This document shows positions 22,151 to 34,528 of a stretch of DNA of 64,000 bases, one piece after another. The position numbers and the translations under genes are program-made. The first letter of the stretch is position 1; each line of letters opens with the position of its first letter. This DNA comes from Blastocladiella emersonii ATCC 22665 (Eukaryota > Fungi > Blastocladiomycota), in NCBI GenBank assembly GCA_025594325.1, contig JANHCV010000005.1:1116001-1180000 (forward strand). The letters are read 5' to 3'. A model generated the notes under the pieces. The model saw only the letters and a list, made by a program, of their open reading frames with translations, made no database searches and was not told the origin of the DNA.

Positions 22151-22830
22151 TCTTGTTTGCCCTCATCGCCCAAAGATTTGTGATCAGCGCAGCCTAGTCG
22201 CGTCCCGTGCCGCGTTGAGTCGCGTCGCTCAGTTTAGTGAGGGAGCGTGAGTCGCGTCTAACACTCTTCATGAGATGGTCAGGCAAGGCAAGTTCATCTG
22301 CCGCGACTCGTCAGTCCTCACACTTTGGATCAGAGACAAGCTTAACAAGTGGTTCTTAGCGATTCATTGCGAGGCTGCCGACGTAAAGCACGTAGACTTG
22401 CTGATACGCTGGGCTCGACGATGGCCGGCCTGATTCAGGTCGGTAGTCAGAGACTCGACGCTCACGTTTGCGCCGAAAGTATCGCGATCGCTCAGCACGA
22501 GGACTTGAACACGACTGCCTCGAGAACTCGAACCATCACAGCGCATAGTCCACTGATGCCAACATGTCGGAGACCACCAAACATCGTATAAACCGCTCGC
22601 CGCGCCTCAGCGGTGTGGCGAAACGCGTCCACGGATCAGCCATCACGCGTTCGATCAAACCACGCTTCCCTGCTTCGGCAAGCACTCCTGTCGTCCAACT
22701 TCGCGCGAAAGACAGATTTGAACCGAGAAAGCTGAAATGAACGACGAAGAACACCGGATCTCTTAACGCAAAACAACTTTTATATATCGTCCGCTTCGAA
22801 CGGTACCGCGTCAAACGCGCTGAGATTCTA

Positions 22831-23964
22831 TCACATGTACGCAGGCTGCACAATGGGCCTCGCCATCGCGTCCAGCGGGGCGAACGGGTCTCGCACCGTG
22901 TACTTGAGCTCCAAGCCCGACCTGCGCCAGAACCGCAGCACAGCGATCTGCCGACCGCGGCGGGCCAGATCCAGTGCCCGCGTCGTGTACTTGATCTCCA
23001 GGCCCGATGCGTGCCACGCGTCCAGTACGGCCAAGTGACCCAGCGCGCTCGCCGCGTCCATGGCCGCTTCTGTGTACTTGGCCGGAAGCCCCGATTCGTG
23101 CGCCCACCAGCGGACGGACATAACGAACCCGAGCGTGCTAGCTTCATCCAGTCCCCAATCCGAATTATTCATCCACTGGGGAGGGAAGTGCCGGTGAAAC
23201 CACCGCAGAACTTCGGCGTGGCCGTGTCGCGTCGCCGTGTCGATGGCCGTGGGAGAGCACCGCCAGCAGCCCAGGCGCCGGCAGGTGCCGTGCAGCTGTT
23301 GCTGTTCTTTGGCTATGCACATGGCACGAAAGTCCTGGATATCAAAGGGTAGCTCTCGCAGCTTGTCTTCACGGATTTTCCGATACTCGGCACGAACCCA
23401 TTGATCGAGAATGTCAACCCGACCCAGCGTGCAGGCAACCAGCACAATGTCCGAGTTGTCGGTTTGCTCGCTCAGCATGTAGTCGAGCACGCTGTGCCTG
23501 TTGCTCAAACAGAGAGCGTGGTGCATGTTGCTCTTGCAGAGCTCATCGAAAAAGTCTCCGTCAACCGTGAAGCGCCGATGAATCCGAAGTCGATCCGCGC
23601 GGTCCTCGGCCAGAACGTGAAAGAGCGCCATACCCGGAATGTAGTTGAATGCGATGCGCTGCACCCGAATCAGACCTCGCGCAACAAAGAGATACTGACA
23701 AAGAACTTGGGCGGCATGAGAAAAGGAGTCGAATACATTCGGGTGCTGCTGGCATGATGCGCAACGCCGGTTCTGAGCAACGAAGTTGGCCACCCACGGA
23801 TTCCGCCGACCATGGTTGACGAATGTGAACTCATCGGGCATCCCGTCAAGGCAGTGACAGGCCTCGTGAACCGTCATCTCGGGACGTTGTTCCAGTCGCC
23901 AAGCAGCGAGGATGCAATCCTCGATGAACTCGGGAGGCAGTCGTGGAAGCGAACGGCTGGCCAT
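22831..23964 (-). CDS. F-box-like N-terminus plus C-terminal divergent ankyrin repeats (377 aa, intronless)
   Basis: LPRLPPEFIEDCILAAW at the N-terminus. Repeats AIDTATRHGHAEVLRWF, LDEASTLGFVMSVRWW..SGLPAKY, AMDAASALGHLAVLDAW..SGLEIKY and ALDLARRGRQIAVLRFW..SGLELKY. Confidence 0.85.
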   Translation of the reverse strand: MASRSLPRLPPEFIEDCILAAWRLEQRPEMTVHEACHCLDGMPDEFTFVNHGRRNPWVANFVAQNRRCASCQQHPNVFDSFSHAAQVLCQYLFVARGLIRVQRIAFNYIPGMALFHVLAEDRADRLRIHRRFTVDGDFFDELCKSNMHHALCLSNRHSVLDYMLSEQTDNSDIVLVACTLGRVDILDQWVRAEYRKIREDKLRELPFDIQDFRAMCIAKEQQQLHGTCRRLGCWRCSPTAIDTATRHGHAEVLRWFHRHFPPQWMNNSDWGLDEASTLGFVMSVRWWAHESGLPAKYTEAAMDAASALGHLAVLDAWHASGLEIKYTTRALDLARRGRQIAVLRFWRRSGLELKYTVRDPFAPLDAMARPIVQPAYM

Positions 23965-24944
23965 GTTGGCGTCGATTGTCGCTTGAGCTCGTGTGTGAGA
24001 TTTCAAACTGTATCCCGTGGAATCGGTGGCAGCAGACTCGCATTCGTCACTTTTGGGCGAAGAATGCACTGGGCTCCCGCTGCCGCCCAACTCTCAATTG
24101 AGAGAATGCATGCGCTCAAGACGCACTGCACACATTGGGGTCACGCTACCGCATTCACACGCTTGTGCATACAACTTGGTCGGAAATCAAGCACAGTATC
24201 GCGCATATCACTACGCGTTGAAAGGTCTCGCAACAGTCGTCTCAAAGTGTCTCGACGCGGTCACGTGAACACGCGTTGAACATCTCGCCTTCCGCCGCGT
24301 CGGCACCGGCGCGGACGCACCAAACGGTAACACTTCCCATGTCTCACCCAAGTTCTTGCATTTCCCTTCCGGTTCCTAGTTTCAAGCGGCGAAACGCTGT
24401 CCAGCCCGCAACACGTGTGACCTGAGCCAATTTCGTACTCCACCACGGCTTGAGCACACTCGGCCTGCCGTCGCACGGAATCCTAGCAGTGGCAGGTCGG
24501 ATTGCGTCCACAGACACTATTGAAATGCCCATGATCGCGCCTTTGGAACGTCTGCGCGTACTCGACTGACAGGCCGTGCGAGCGCCATGCTCTGCGAGCA
24601 CTCCTTCTCGTTGTACCTGTCCGTGGATGGCAAACCAGTCCGCACTAACACGCTCGGCCACTAACTCAACAAGAGTGCATGTGTTCCAGCTTACTTCTAT
24701 AGCGATGCGCCCGTCGAGCGTGAGTGATGGTTGCCATGATGGCCTGCCTCGTCCTGACGCGTCGCGGCACCTCGTTACGATTCACGATTCCATAGTTTGA
24801 TCCCATCGTCCACTGCTCCGTGATTGACGCACCTTGCTCACAACATTCTGCTCTTTTTTGACATCGCGTCGATCCGCTGCTCGACCAGCTGGTGGACTCG
24901 AGCCAGCTCCGCTTGCCCGACCTCGGCGGCCAATTGCTGCAGCC

Positions 24945-25850
24945 ACACGTCACATGGTCAGCCGGAGTCGTTTGAGTTTGGGCGCCTTTTTTCTCGCCAT
25001 CGAGCCTCGCGCACGGTCCTCGCTCCACGAAGCAACACGGAGATCAACGAGATTTGTGATTTCTCACCGCAGCAGCGGCCGATGTAAACGCATGCAGTCG
25101 ACGCCTGCGCGGGCCGTCTGAGGGCTGCCTTCGCCACGTCGCGCTTGAGGATCGTTGGCGTGATCCGCGCCAGCGGGACAAGGGGTCTGCGATACCGTCC
25201 TGTGCCCCAAGGCTCCGCGCATGCACACGGGGCAGCACAGCTCTGGCGCCTAGGATGCGTCGTCGCCTGGTCGCGCAAAGGAGTGGTGCGGCGGGGTGTC
25301 AGCAAGGTTGGCCTTGTTCACTACGTCGCAATCCCATTACGGGAACTCGATTCGCCCGGACGAGTATCCTTCCCCTCGTGTTCCCCGTCAAATCACAGTC
25401 GACGACACATATTACATCTCCACGTCATGCCGTTCCCGGTCGGATCCTCGTTGGCCAAGTCGTGCGCCGACATCATCGTGGCGGCCAAGAACACGCCCGT
25501 GGTCCATTATTACTCAAATCACCCCGGCGCTCGGCCTCGCCGCGCACTCTGGTCGAGGCAGGAAACGTGGTGTCGCTGTCGGCGGGGGCGGTACGCTTTT
25601 TTTCTCGCCGATCCAACTCGTCGCCGCGGTACTGACCGATCTCTCTTCTGTGTAGCGGTTGGGCTCAGCCTAGAGGGCCCCGCCCATCCCGCGCCTGTCC
25701 GTGGACAGCGAAACGTGCCACGCTGCCTGTCTCGGCCAGCGAGGCGACGAGGGCGCGCGGCGGAATGGTTTGAGCGGAAGCGGACCTTGAGCGTGGGTTG
25801 ATGGTCGCGCTGATGGTTGACGCGTTGCGGTGGATTGTACATGAATTTCG
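24945..25850 (+). repeat. Degenerate direct repeat, copy 2
   Basis: Shares TCACATGG, CGAGCCTCGCGC.CGGTCCTCGCTCC, GTAAAC.CATGCA and the ~250-bp core with 21160-22150. Confidence 0.6.
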
Positions 25851-26227
25851 ATCACATTTTGCTCCCAGCATCCCTCCGCTTCTTCATGATCGTCGTGGCG
25901 AGCGGTCTGAGCGCGAGCGAGGCGCGGCCGCGCGCAGACGGGCGGGAGCGACGCGTTCCAGTTCGACCTGACGTGCGACGCGCCCGCCAACACGAGCATT
26001 CGCGACGGCCATCGGGATAATGCAGGTAGACAATATCATCCTGTAATAGACGCATAATAGGGTGGGGGAGGGTGAGAGAGAAGCAGCAAAAAGTGGAGGT
26101 AGGGGGGGAGAGAGGGGGACGCGATGGTCGCGACAAAAAGGTGAGGGAGGGGGGGGAGACTGCTGGCCGTGGTCAACGACGGCGACGCGGCGACGCAAAC
26201 GCGAACGCGAGCGCGAGACGCATCACA

Positions 26228-26963
26228 TCACAAGACGTCCGAGTCCTCGAGGTGGCGGTACTCGAAGCGGAACTCGTTCTTCTTGCGCTGGCACCATCCG
26301 ACCTCCCAGTCAAAGTAGATGTAGGCGCCCTCCTCGAACTCGGCCGTGATGAGCTTGGGCTCCTCGTGCCGCTGGAACCACGTCTGGTACCGCTTGTGGA
26401 ACCGCCACGACTGCCGCTTGAGCTCGCGCGCCGCGAGGAACTGCGCAAACGTGCCCTGCTGGTAGTAGAAGACCCAGAACAGCGTGTCGAGGTCGAGCCG
26501 CTCGAAGAGCCGCGGGTTGTCGAACACGCTCGCCGGCAGCTGCGGGTAGTAGTGCGGGACCGCCGCCGGGTGCTTGGGCACGTACGGCTGCACCCGCTCC
26601 ACGTCCAGCGTCATGGGCGCGTTGATGAACGTCGCCTCGAGCATCCGCGGCACCGCCGCCGCGAAGTCGACTGCCGTGAGCCCGTTCGTGGTTGCCGACG
26701 CGTCGTCGGGCGTACCCGCGCCCAGCGCGCTGCCGCCCGCACGACGCTGCTTGGCCGACTCGAAGATGGACATGAGGTCGCGCAGCGACTCGGTACACCG
26801 CGGGTCGATCTTGAACGACGACGACGCGGACGCGGAGTCGGTCGTCGACTCGGCGCCGTCGAGCACCACCGCTGCCACCGCGGCCGACTCCTTGACGGGC
26901 GCCGCGGCGGGTGTTGGTGGTGGCGAAGCGACGACCTCGGACCGCAATGCCGCGGCGGCCGCA

Positions 26964-27022
<59 letters not shown>

Positions 27023-28910
27023 GCGCTCGGCCTTCTTGCTGCTCCTTGGCGCAGGTGACGCCGCGCGCGAGGAGACGGCCGAGCTGTGGGACGCGCCGAC
27101 GGCGGCCGCGGGTGGTGCGTTACGCGACGACGTCGATTTCGCCGAACCGTCTGATGGTGGCGCGGCGGCGCCCTTCCCGGACGGTATTGGGCTCGCGGCG
27201 GGCGAGTCGGCGACGGAAGCGGCGCTGGACTTGCCGCCGCTGCCGGAGCCTGTTGGTGTTGCTGCGCGGGGCGAGTCGGCGGCGTCGGGCGACGCGGTGC
27301 CGCCGTTGGACGCGAGCTGCTCCTTAACCTTCTGGTTCCACGCCGTGAGCTTGGGTGCTGGTGGCGGCATGGGTTGCGGGACGGCGGGGGTGGCGGATGG
27401 CGGGACCGGCGTAGGCGTAGCGGCGGGGGATGGGCTCGACGATGCGGTGCTCGACGCCGTCGTCGCTGCTGCTGGTGCTGCTGGTGGCGCGGTGAGCGCG
27501 GGGGCGGCGGCGACGGAGGCGGGCGGGCCGGACACGGTGGTGGAGCTCGGTGTGGACGGTGCAGATGGCGGCTCGAGGCGGCCGACCTTGGGGCTGCTCA
27601 CGACCGTCACGCTGGGCTTGGATGGTGGTGGCGCGACGGCGGGGAGCGGGACGACTGGAGGAGCGGCGGGCGTCGGTGAGCGAGGTTTCGAGGAGCGCGG
27701 CGAGCGAGCAAGCGGTACCAAAGAGATCGTCGTCTTCGCTCAGGTTGAGGTCCTCGTAGATGTAGAGGTTGTCCTCGACGTACTCCTCGTCGTCGGGATC
27801 CTAGACGCGGACGAAACGCGAGGGCGAGTTAGCGAGCGCGCACGCACTTCCCAGCGACGGCAGGGAGCGCACCGTGTCGATGTAGTACTCGACCGTCTCC
27901 TTGATGGACTCGATCTGCTCGGGGGTGAGGATGCTGTTTTCGAGCATGCGGAGGGCCATCTCGAGGTTGCGGACGTGCTTGCGGTGCCACTCGATGTGCT
28001 GGCTGAGCCGCTCGAGCTGCTCGTTGTTGGAGTTGCCGGCGTTGCCGCGCTTGCCGCGCTTGCTGTTGCCGATCTGGAGCTGCTCCATCTGGGCCTCCAT
28101 GCCGTCCGTCTGCTGGTTGAGCCGGTCGACCGTGTCGTTGATCCAGTCGGCGGCCGCCTGTTTCCGCTCCTCCTCGGGGTCGACCTTGCTGGGCAGGCCG
28201 AGCCCCTCCTTGGAGAAGGCCTTGGTCTTGAGCTCCTTTTCGATGGCCTTGAAGTGTTCCATTTGCTACACGTTCAGGCGGAGAGCGTCAGCGAGCTGCG
28301 CGGTGCGCGGCGTGCGCGAGCGGGAGGAGGAGCAAGTAACACGCACTGTCTCGATCAGTCGTCGGTATTCCAACAAGGTGGTCTTGTCCTTGACCTCGGA
28401 CGAGCCGATCCACGTCTTGATCTGGTCGCGCAGGCGCTGCAGCTTCTTGATCTCGCGCTTGAGCTCGGCCTCGATCTTCTCGCGCTGGGTTTGTGTTGTG
28501 GCCTGGTTCAGCTTCTCGACGAGGCCCTTGAACTCGTCGACGCCCTCGAGCACCTTCTTGAGGGCCTTGTCGATTTCCACTGGAGGAGGAGGGCGGCGGG
28601 CGGACGCGGGGCGTGGGCGGGCGTCAGCATCGTGTCGCGTAAGGACGTGGGCACGCGGATGGCGCGAGCGGGTGTAGCGAGGTGCTCGGTACGCGGCGAC
28701 GAGTCTGCCGTGGCGCACGCTCCTCGAACTGCGCGGGAAGCCTGCCGCGAACACGAGCGCGGGCGTGCGCCACGACGCGAGCCGCCGAGCACTGGCCGAG
28801 CGCTAACCACGCGTCAACTCGACCGACTCGTGCAGCCGCATGCGCTGAGGGCAGGGCGAGGGGAGGTGGGCGAGTGCGGCGAGCGTACTTTGCAGCTTTC
28901 GTGCCGCCAT
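26228..28910 (-). CDS. NOT3: CCR4-NOT subunit Not3/Not5 (CNOT3), 718 aa; exons 28910-28889, 28579-28347, 28265-27873, 27800-27719, 27654-26228
   Basis: [57 protein letters not shown]; NOT box [39 protein letters not shown]. Four GT-AG introns. Confidence 0.95.
26964..27020. repeat. (GCC)19 microsatellite inside NOT3
   Basis: Pure 57-nt GCC run within a 25-codon poly-Ala tract (26948-27022). Confidence 0.92.
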
Positions 28911-29749
28911 CTTAGCATTCCACGTTCAGGTCGGCTGAGCAGCAGGTGCGGGGTAGTGGTCGTGGTGACGCCGCCAGTGACGATGCGGGTGTCGGTAGTT
29001 GTCGGTGGAAGAGGTCCTCGGAATCCGCGGGCGGCGAAGCGAAGCAGAGCAGAGCGGGTCGGTGGCACGCGCGCTGGCCGGGCCGTGGTCGAGGAGCGGG
29101 CGGGGTCGATGCGTTGCAGAGAGTGTGCTGGTGCAGCAAGTCCTCGCAGGGGAAGTGCAACGCGGGCGCGGAGGGGCAGAGCGTGAAGTATCAGGCGCGT
29201 ATGCGATGTCGCATGCACTCGCTCGGACCGTCGAAAAATCGAAAACCCGACCCGCCCCAGCCCGCCTGAGCCCTCGTGCTCGACGCCGCAACGCGACGAG
29301 CAGTACCGCAATATTCAGGACCCGCTGCCCAATAATGCGGCCCTTGCGCGCGAGTGGTATTCCGACGACGCGTCGGTATCCGCGCGATATCTGCGATCAC
29401 GGACGGGCCGCGGATGCTCCCCAGCTCTCTCCCGCGTCTCCTGCTCATCGCGATGGATACAAGTCCACGGAAATAGTATCCTGCAAAGGTTTAAGCATAT
29501 TTTCGGCCTTGAGGCAGGTATGCGTATGATGTGGATACCACCCATCCGGCTCATTCGCACGTGCGGCTGCCAGGCAAGTCGGCGCCACCTGACCAAACAC
29601 TTTTTCACTCTCTCCATCCTCCTCCGCTGCCGTCAACCTTGGTCCGGTCCCGCCGATCACCCTCGGCGACGACTGCACCTGCACGCACGGCACCGTATCG
29701 CGACGCTACGCACCCCGCACTACCTGCAACGCATCAACTACCTCGCACC

Positions 29750-30543
29750 ATGCTCGCCCGTGCCTCGATCCTCCGCGTCGCTGCCCGCCGTGTGGCCGTG
29801 GCCCCGCGCGCCGCCGCCCTCCCCGCCATGCGGTTGTACTCGTCCGAGGCGCCCAAGCCCGAGCTCAACGAGATCGTCGACCGCATCGCGAAGCTCAACC
29901 TCGTCGAGACCGCCGACCTGATTGCCCTGCTCAAGGTAACGACCGGTCATGCGTTACCCGGGTGGTTGGGCTGGGTTCCTGCTCGCTGCCGGCTGCTCGC
30001 GGTGTCGGCACTCGGTCGGCTTCTCGAGGCCAGCAGTGTGACGGCTTCACGGTCAGCAGCCGCAGCAGAGCGGAGCCCACCGTCCGCCCGCCGCACGTCG
30101 AATCCGACCCGTCGCTGACGGCACCCGTCTCGCCCCTCCCGCGCGAACCCGCTTCCGCGACTGTAGAAGCGCCTCAACATCTCCGAGGTTGCCGTCCCCG
30201 TCGCCGCCGCCCCCGCCGCGCCCGTCAAGGAGGCCGCCCCCGTCGAGGTACGCTTCTCTTTACCCCTGCGTGCTCCGCACTCCATCGCTCACTCTTTTGG
30301 GCCATGTAGGAGGAGAAGCCCGCCGAGAAGGCGCAGTTCGACATCAAGCTCGAGAAGTTTGATGCGGCCAGCAAGGCCAAGGTGATCAAGGAGGTCAAGG
30401 GCATCACGGGCATGTCGCTGATCGACGCCAAGAAGTTTGTCGAGGGCGCCCCCAAGACCATCAAGAAGGACGTGCCCAAGGAGGAGGCCGAGAAGATGAA
30501 GAAGGCGCTCGAGGCCGTCGGTGCCACCATCGTGCTCGAGTAA
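29750..30543 (+). CDS. MRPL12: Mitochondrial ribosomal protein L7/L12 (bL12m), 166 aa; exons 29750-29935, 30167-30247, 30310-30543
   Basis: Arg-rich presequence, IVDRIAKLNLVETADL, then KAKVIKEVK...LIDAKKFVEGAPKTIKKDVPKEEAEK.KKALEAVGA. Confidence 0.93.
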
Positions 30544-30817
30544 AGTGGTCCGCCTACCGTCCTGTGTTTCCCCCACGTTTTGATGTGAGCCTACCAACGA
30601 GCTCGCCGAAAAATCACCAATATAGTTTGTTATCTGCCTTGCCCGCTCGCGGTCGTTCCTGTCGTTCATGCTCGCTTCCATCGCTCGCGCTCGGTTGCGC
30701 GGCCGCGTGCACGCCGCTCAGACTCGGACTCAGCTCTCACACGCGCCGACGACGACAGGGATAATGAATAATATACCAAGCAAACACGTCCCAGCAACCA
30801 CACAACCTCGCACGCGT

Positions 30818-32041
30818 TCAGCGCTTCTTGGCGCGCGGCTTGACGTCGGCGTCGTTGACGGGGTGGATCTTGATGACGGGGGCGGCCTGCGGCGTGTTCG
30901 GGGCGGGGGCGTGTTCGTGGCCCTTGTACCAGTCGTAGCACGCCGCGTACGCGAGCATGTTGCCCTGGCGCGAAAAGGCGATGGAAGTGATGGGCGTGCC
31001 CTGGCCGGCCTGCGAGAACATCTTGAGCCGGGTGCGCGCGTCCTTGTCCCAGAAGTGGATGGCGCCGTCGGACCCGCACGTCGCAAAGGTGCCGTACCCC
31101 GGGTGCATGGCGATCTCGTTGACCGGGTACACGTTGGGCGGGGACAGGGTGTCGCGGTGGCACTTGAACGAGAAGTTGTCGCTACGCGCATGGAGGGTGG
31201 GGGCGTTGGGCGTTAGTTTGTGGTCGACGTGACCCGAGGGAGTGATGACGAGAGAAAAACACGTACGCCTTGTTCTTGTCGTCAATGTACTGGATAGCGA
31301 CGCGGCCCTCGATCGAGGCGAGGGCGTAGGCGTTCATGGACGGGAAGCACGCAATGGTGCGGAGCTGCCACTTGAGCGGGGCGTCGATCTCCTTGAAGAC
31401 GGTGGTCGGGTTCTGGAGGTTGATGACCTGGATCTTGCGCGCGGCGTTGCCGACGACGAGGAGCGGGCCGACCGAGTCCATGGCGTAGACGCGCTCGCCG
31501 ACCTGGACCGTGCCGACGGGGTTGGGGGTGCGCAGGTCCCAGTACTTGACCGTCTTGTCCCAGCTGCCCGTGATGAGGATCTGGGAGCTCTCCTCGAACC
31601 ACCGCACGAACCGGATCGGCGCGTCGTGCGCGGCCACCTGCGTGGCCTGGCCCGTGGCCATGTCGAACAGCTTGGCCGCCTTGTCGGCGCCCGCCGAGGC
31701 GAGCTTGGTGCCGTCCTTGCTCCACCGGCAGTTGAGCACGGGCCCGTCGTGCGTGAATGAGAACCGCGGCATCGTCTGCCCCTGCGGCGACACCTCCCAG
31801 ATGCGCACCTCGCCGTTCCACGACGACGCCGCCAAAAAGTCGTTTGCTGGCGACCAGTGCAGCGACGACACGCCGTCGTTCGGCGGGTTGTTCACCTAGA
31901 TGCGTGGACGCGATGCAGAGGTGAGCGCGCGCGTCTCGAGGAGATCCCGGACTCGATGAATGCACGCACGATCACGTCATTGAGGTTGGCGTTGCCCGGG
32001 TCGGCCGCCATCTGCTGCGGCTGGGCCGTGAGGAAGGACAT
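30818..32041 (-). CDS. RAE1: Rae1/Gle2 WD40 mRNA export factor, 354 aa; exons 32041-31970, 31895-31267, 31181-30818
   Basis: NPPNDGVSSLHWSP, ITGSWDKTVKYWDLR, SIEGRVAIQY, NFSFKCHR, YGTFATCGSDG..FWDKDARTRLK, AYAACYDWYKGHE. Confidence 0.95.
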
Positions 32042-34528
32042 GGTGGTGAAGGTGCTGCTGCGATGAATGCGTCGAGACCGGGGGGTCGAAGGGGTCGGGG
32101 AGCGAGCGGTCGCTTAGCAGCAGCGAGGACTCGATTCGATACTTGCGGCAGGTCGCGCGGGGAGTGCGAGGTTAATGAGCTTCGTGGTCGCTTCCCGATG
32201 CGCGCGCAGAGAGACTCGGACTGCGACGCGAGCTAGTCTCGGTGCCAGACCGTGCGGATCCAGCTGGCCAGAGCGGTCGCGTGGGGGTCACGTTTCCGGA
32301 GTCACATGACCGCGCCCTGCACGGCGCGTCTCTCGTACGGTCTGGTTGCAGTTTGCTCGGCCCAGAAGCGATCTGCGCTCTAAACCTCCTGCTTCCGCAC
32401 CCCTTACCCGATCGGCTTTATATGCATATCAAGCGACGCGTCTCTGCAAGGGCTACACGCTCGTACTAATTAAAACCCTTAATTCCGCGCCGCTGAGGAG
32501 TGCACGCGGGATGACCGCTCGCCGACCAGTTGAGCTCGGTCCCCGGCGGCACCGTACTCACTCCCCCTGGCGAATCTTTCACTTCCGCGAACACAGGTGT
32601 GTAGCGCGAGTCTTGGGCTTAAATGTAGTGCCCATAGATAAGCCTCAAACCCCAACTGGGAATGAGGACTTGAGGCGGGAGTGGAGGGCGGTTGCGGCCG
32701 GGTCGCAACGGTCAGCCGGGCTCAAAGTGGTTGGCTCTCATCGCTTAAAGTCACCATGGAAGTTGTCTCTTGACACTTCTGAAGCGAAGTTACACGTTGC
32801 GAATGGGGGAGAGTGAATCCAGCGGGTCGAGTCCGCGGCGACCCGACCTGACGAGCTGCTGCTGCGCCACCCAGTGCGTTCATCCCCGCCGACCTCACTT
32901 CCATGGCACCAGTATGGACTGCGGGCTTTTCAAGGTCGCGACAAGACCGATCGCAAGGCCAGATCCCTCATGAAGCTTGAGCTCCAGCGCAGCGGAACGA
33001 GGCGAGCTGCGAACCGTCAGCCGCCCGCCATCAAGTCGGTTCCCCGACCAGCGGGTGCAGCGGAAGGCCTCGAGAATCACCGTTCATTTCGTCTGTAACT
33101 GACTTGTCGCTGTCCAAACCCGCTGTTCTGACGGCGTCAGCCCGCTCACTTGGCCGTGGGTGCGCGGCGCTCGCTCGGCTGCAAGGGGCGAAGTGATGGG
33201 CCACCGCGCGACACAACCGTTGCCCTTGAGCGACCGTCTCTCAGATCGAGTCGAATCTCAGCGCACTAGCGACGACCATCATCCGGCGGCCCGGACCGCA
33301 GCGGCGAGGCGGCCAGCGTGCTGCGCGCGGGACGGGGCGACCATCACCCACGCTGAAGGTCTTGACGCGGGGACTGCAAACCAGCCTTGAGTGAGCCGTG
33401 GTTCCCCACCAAGTCGGCTCTCGAACTTGCGCGCTTGTACAACGACATGGAAAGAATCCTCCGCGTCCGCCATCTCTCATACAGTCAGTACCGGTACGAT
33501 GCGCGCTGGTCGAGCAGCGGCACCCCGCGCTGAAGGTCGAGACGGGCCATGGCCACGGCCACGGCCAGCGCGACGACGGCGTTCCGGACCAGCGAAGCAG
33601 ACGTGAAAACCTTGCATTCGGCCCCTCGCGCGTCTCCATATCGTCAACGGGCGCTCGCCGACGCGGATCGGGAGGCGCGACGACTGGTACGCCGCGGGCT
33701 GGGAGGGACGCAGGACCGAAGGAAACTCGAGCCCGCGACCGGCCCGAGATGGTGCAACGCCACCCAAGAGGCCCGTACGAGGTCCCGAGGACATCGGCGG
33801 TGCAAGCGAGAGCAGTCGGCCCAGGGTCGGCGAGGCGGCGGGGCGGGCCCGACCCTGGCCGAATTATCTCTCGCGAGCCCCGCGAGTCCCCCGCGGGACT
33901 TTACCCTTCGCAACTGACATGGGTCGATAGCTTGCATCGAGTACTTCATTTGATCAGTGTGTGCCGAGGGCGATAGGTCAAGCGGTTGGGGAGCTAGAGT
34001 GCGATCAAGGCGCGCAGAGGGGTTCCGAGCGCGCAAAAGCACAGCTGACGCGCCGCGCCACGCAAACTGCAACCAGACTCCAGCACCGTCGATCCGAACG
34101 AGCGCCCGCGGGTCACGCGGCGGCGATTGACTTGACAACGCCTCGAAGGTCACGTTGCCCTGGAGTCTGGCACCAAGACTAGACGCGAGCGACTCGGCCT
34201 CGGCTCGACGAGAACGGCCGGGTGCAAAACTATCAGCTGACGGCACGCGCGTGGCGAAACGCGGGTTTTCGGTGGCTGACTCAGGCAGGCCAGAGTTCGG
34301 GAGCTATGCGGCGTCGCCACGGGCGCGCTCGAGTGCCCCGCCCGCTCGGTTCCTCGCCTCCTCCCACCAGCACGCAATGAATTCGGCTATGCCTCCGGCT
34401 CAGCGCGCGGGCCGCTAGCAACGGCGCGCCTGAGCGCAGGTGAGAGCCGTGGGGACCCGCCCCGCCATCCGCCTGCGTCCCTTCTCCTTATCCCCTCGCG
34501 CAACCTGCCCGAGCGACACCGCGCAACC

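Noticed and set aside
21160-25850. LTR retrotransposon interpretation of the direct repeats
   Set aside because: No TG...CA termini, PBS/PPT or gag/pol remnants identified; the repeats contain an intron-like element.
26574-29186. 870-aa plus-strand ORF and many other long overlapping ORFs (e.g. 12506-14281, 15995-17245, 35987-37339, 60361-61788)
   Set aside because: Antisense or alternative-frame shadows of GC3-biased real genes; no recognisable domains.
32846-33075. Hammerhead core (CTGACGAG) and RNase P/MRP-like motif (GGAAGGCCTCGAG)
   Set aside because: The required partner elements (stem II plus GAAA; complementary P4 3' strand) were not found.
33520-33600. Possible outlying copy of array module T (GGCCATGGCCACGGCC) and a 14-mer shared between 47850 and 55169
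   Set aside because: Similarity is limited to short low-complexity words; neighbouring modules are absent.
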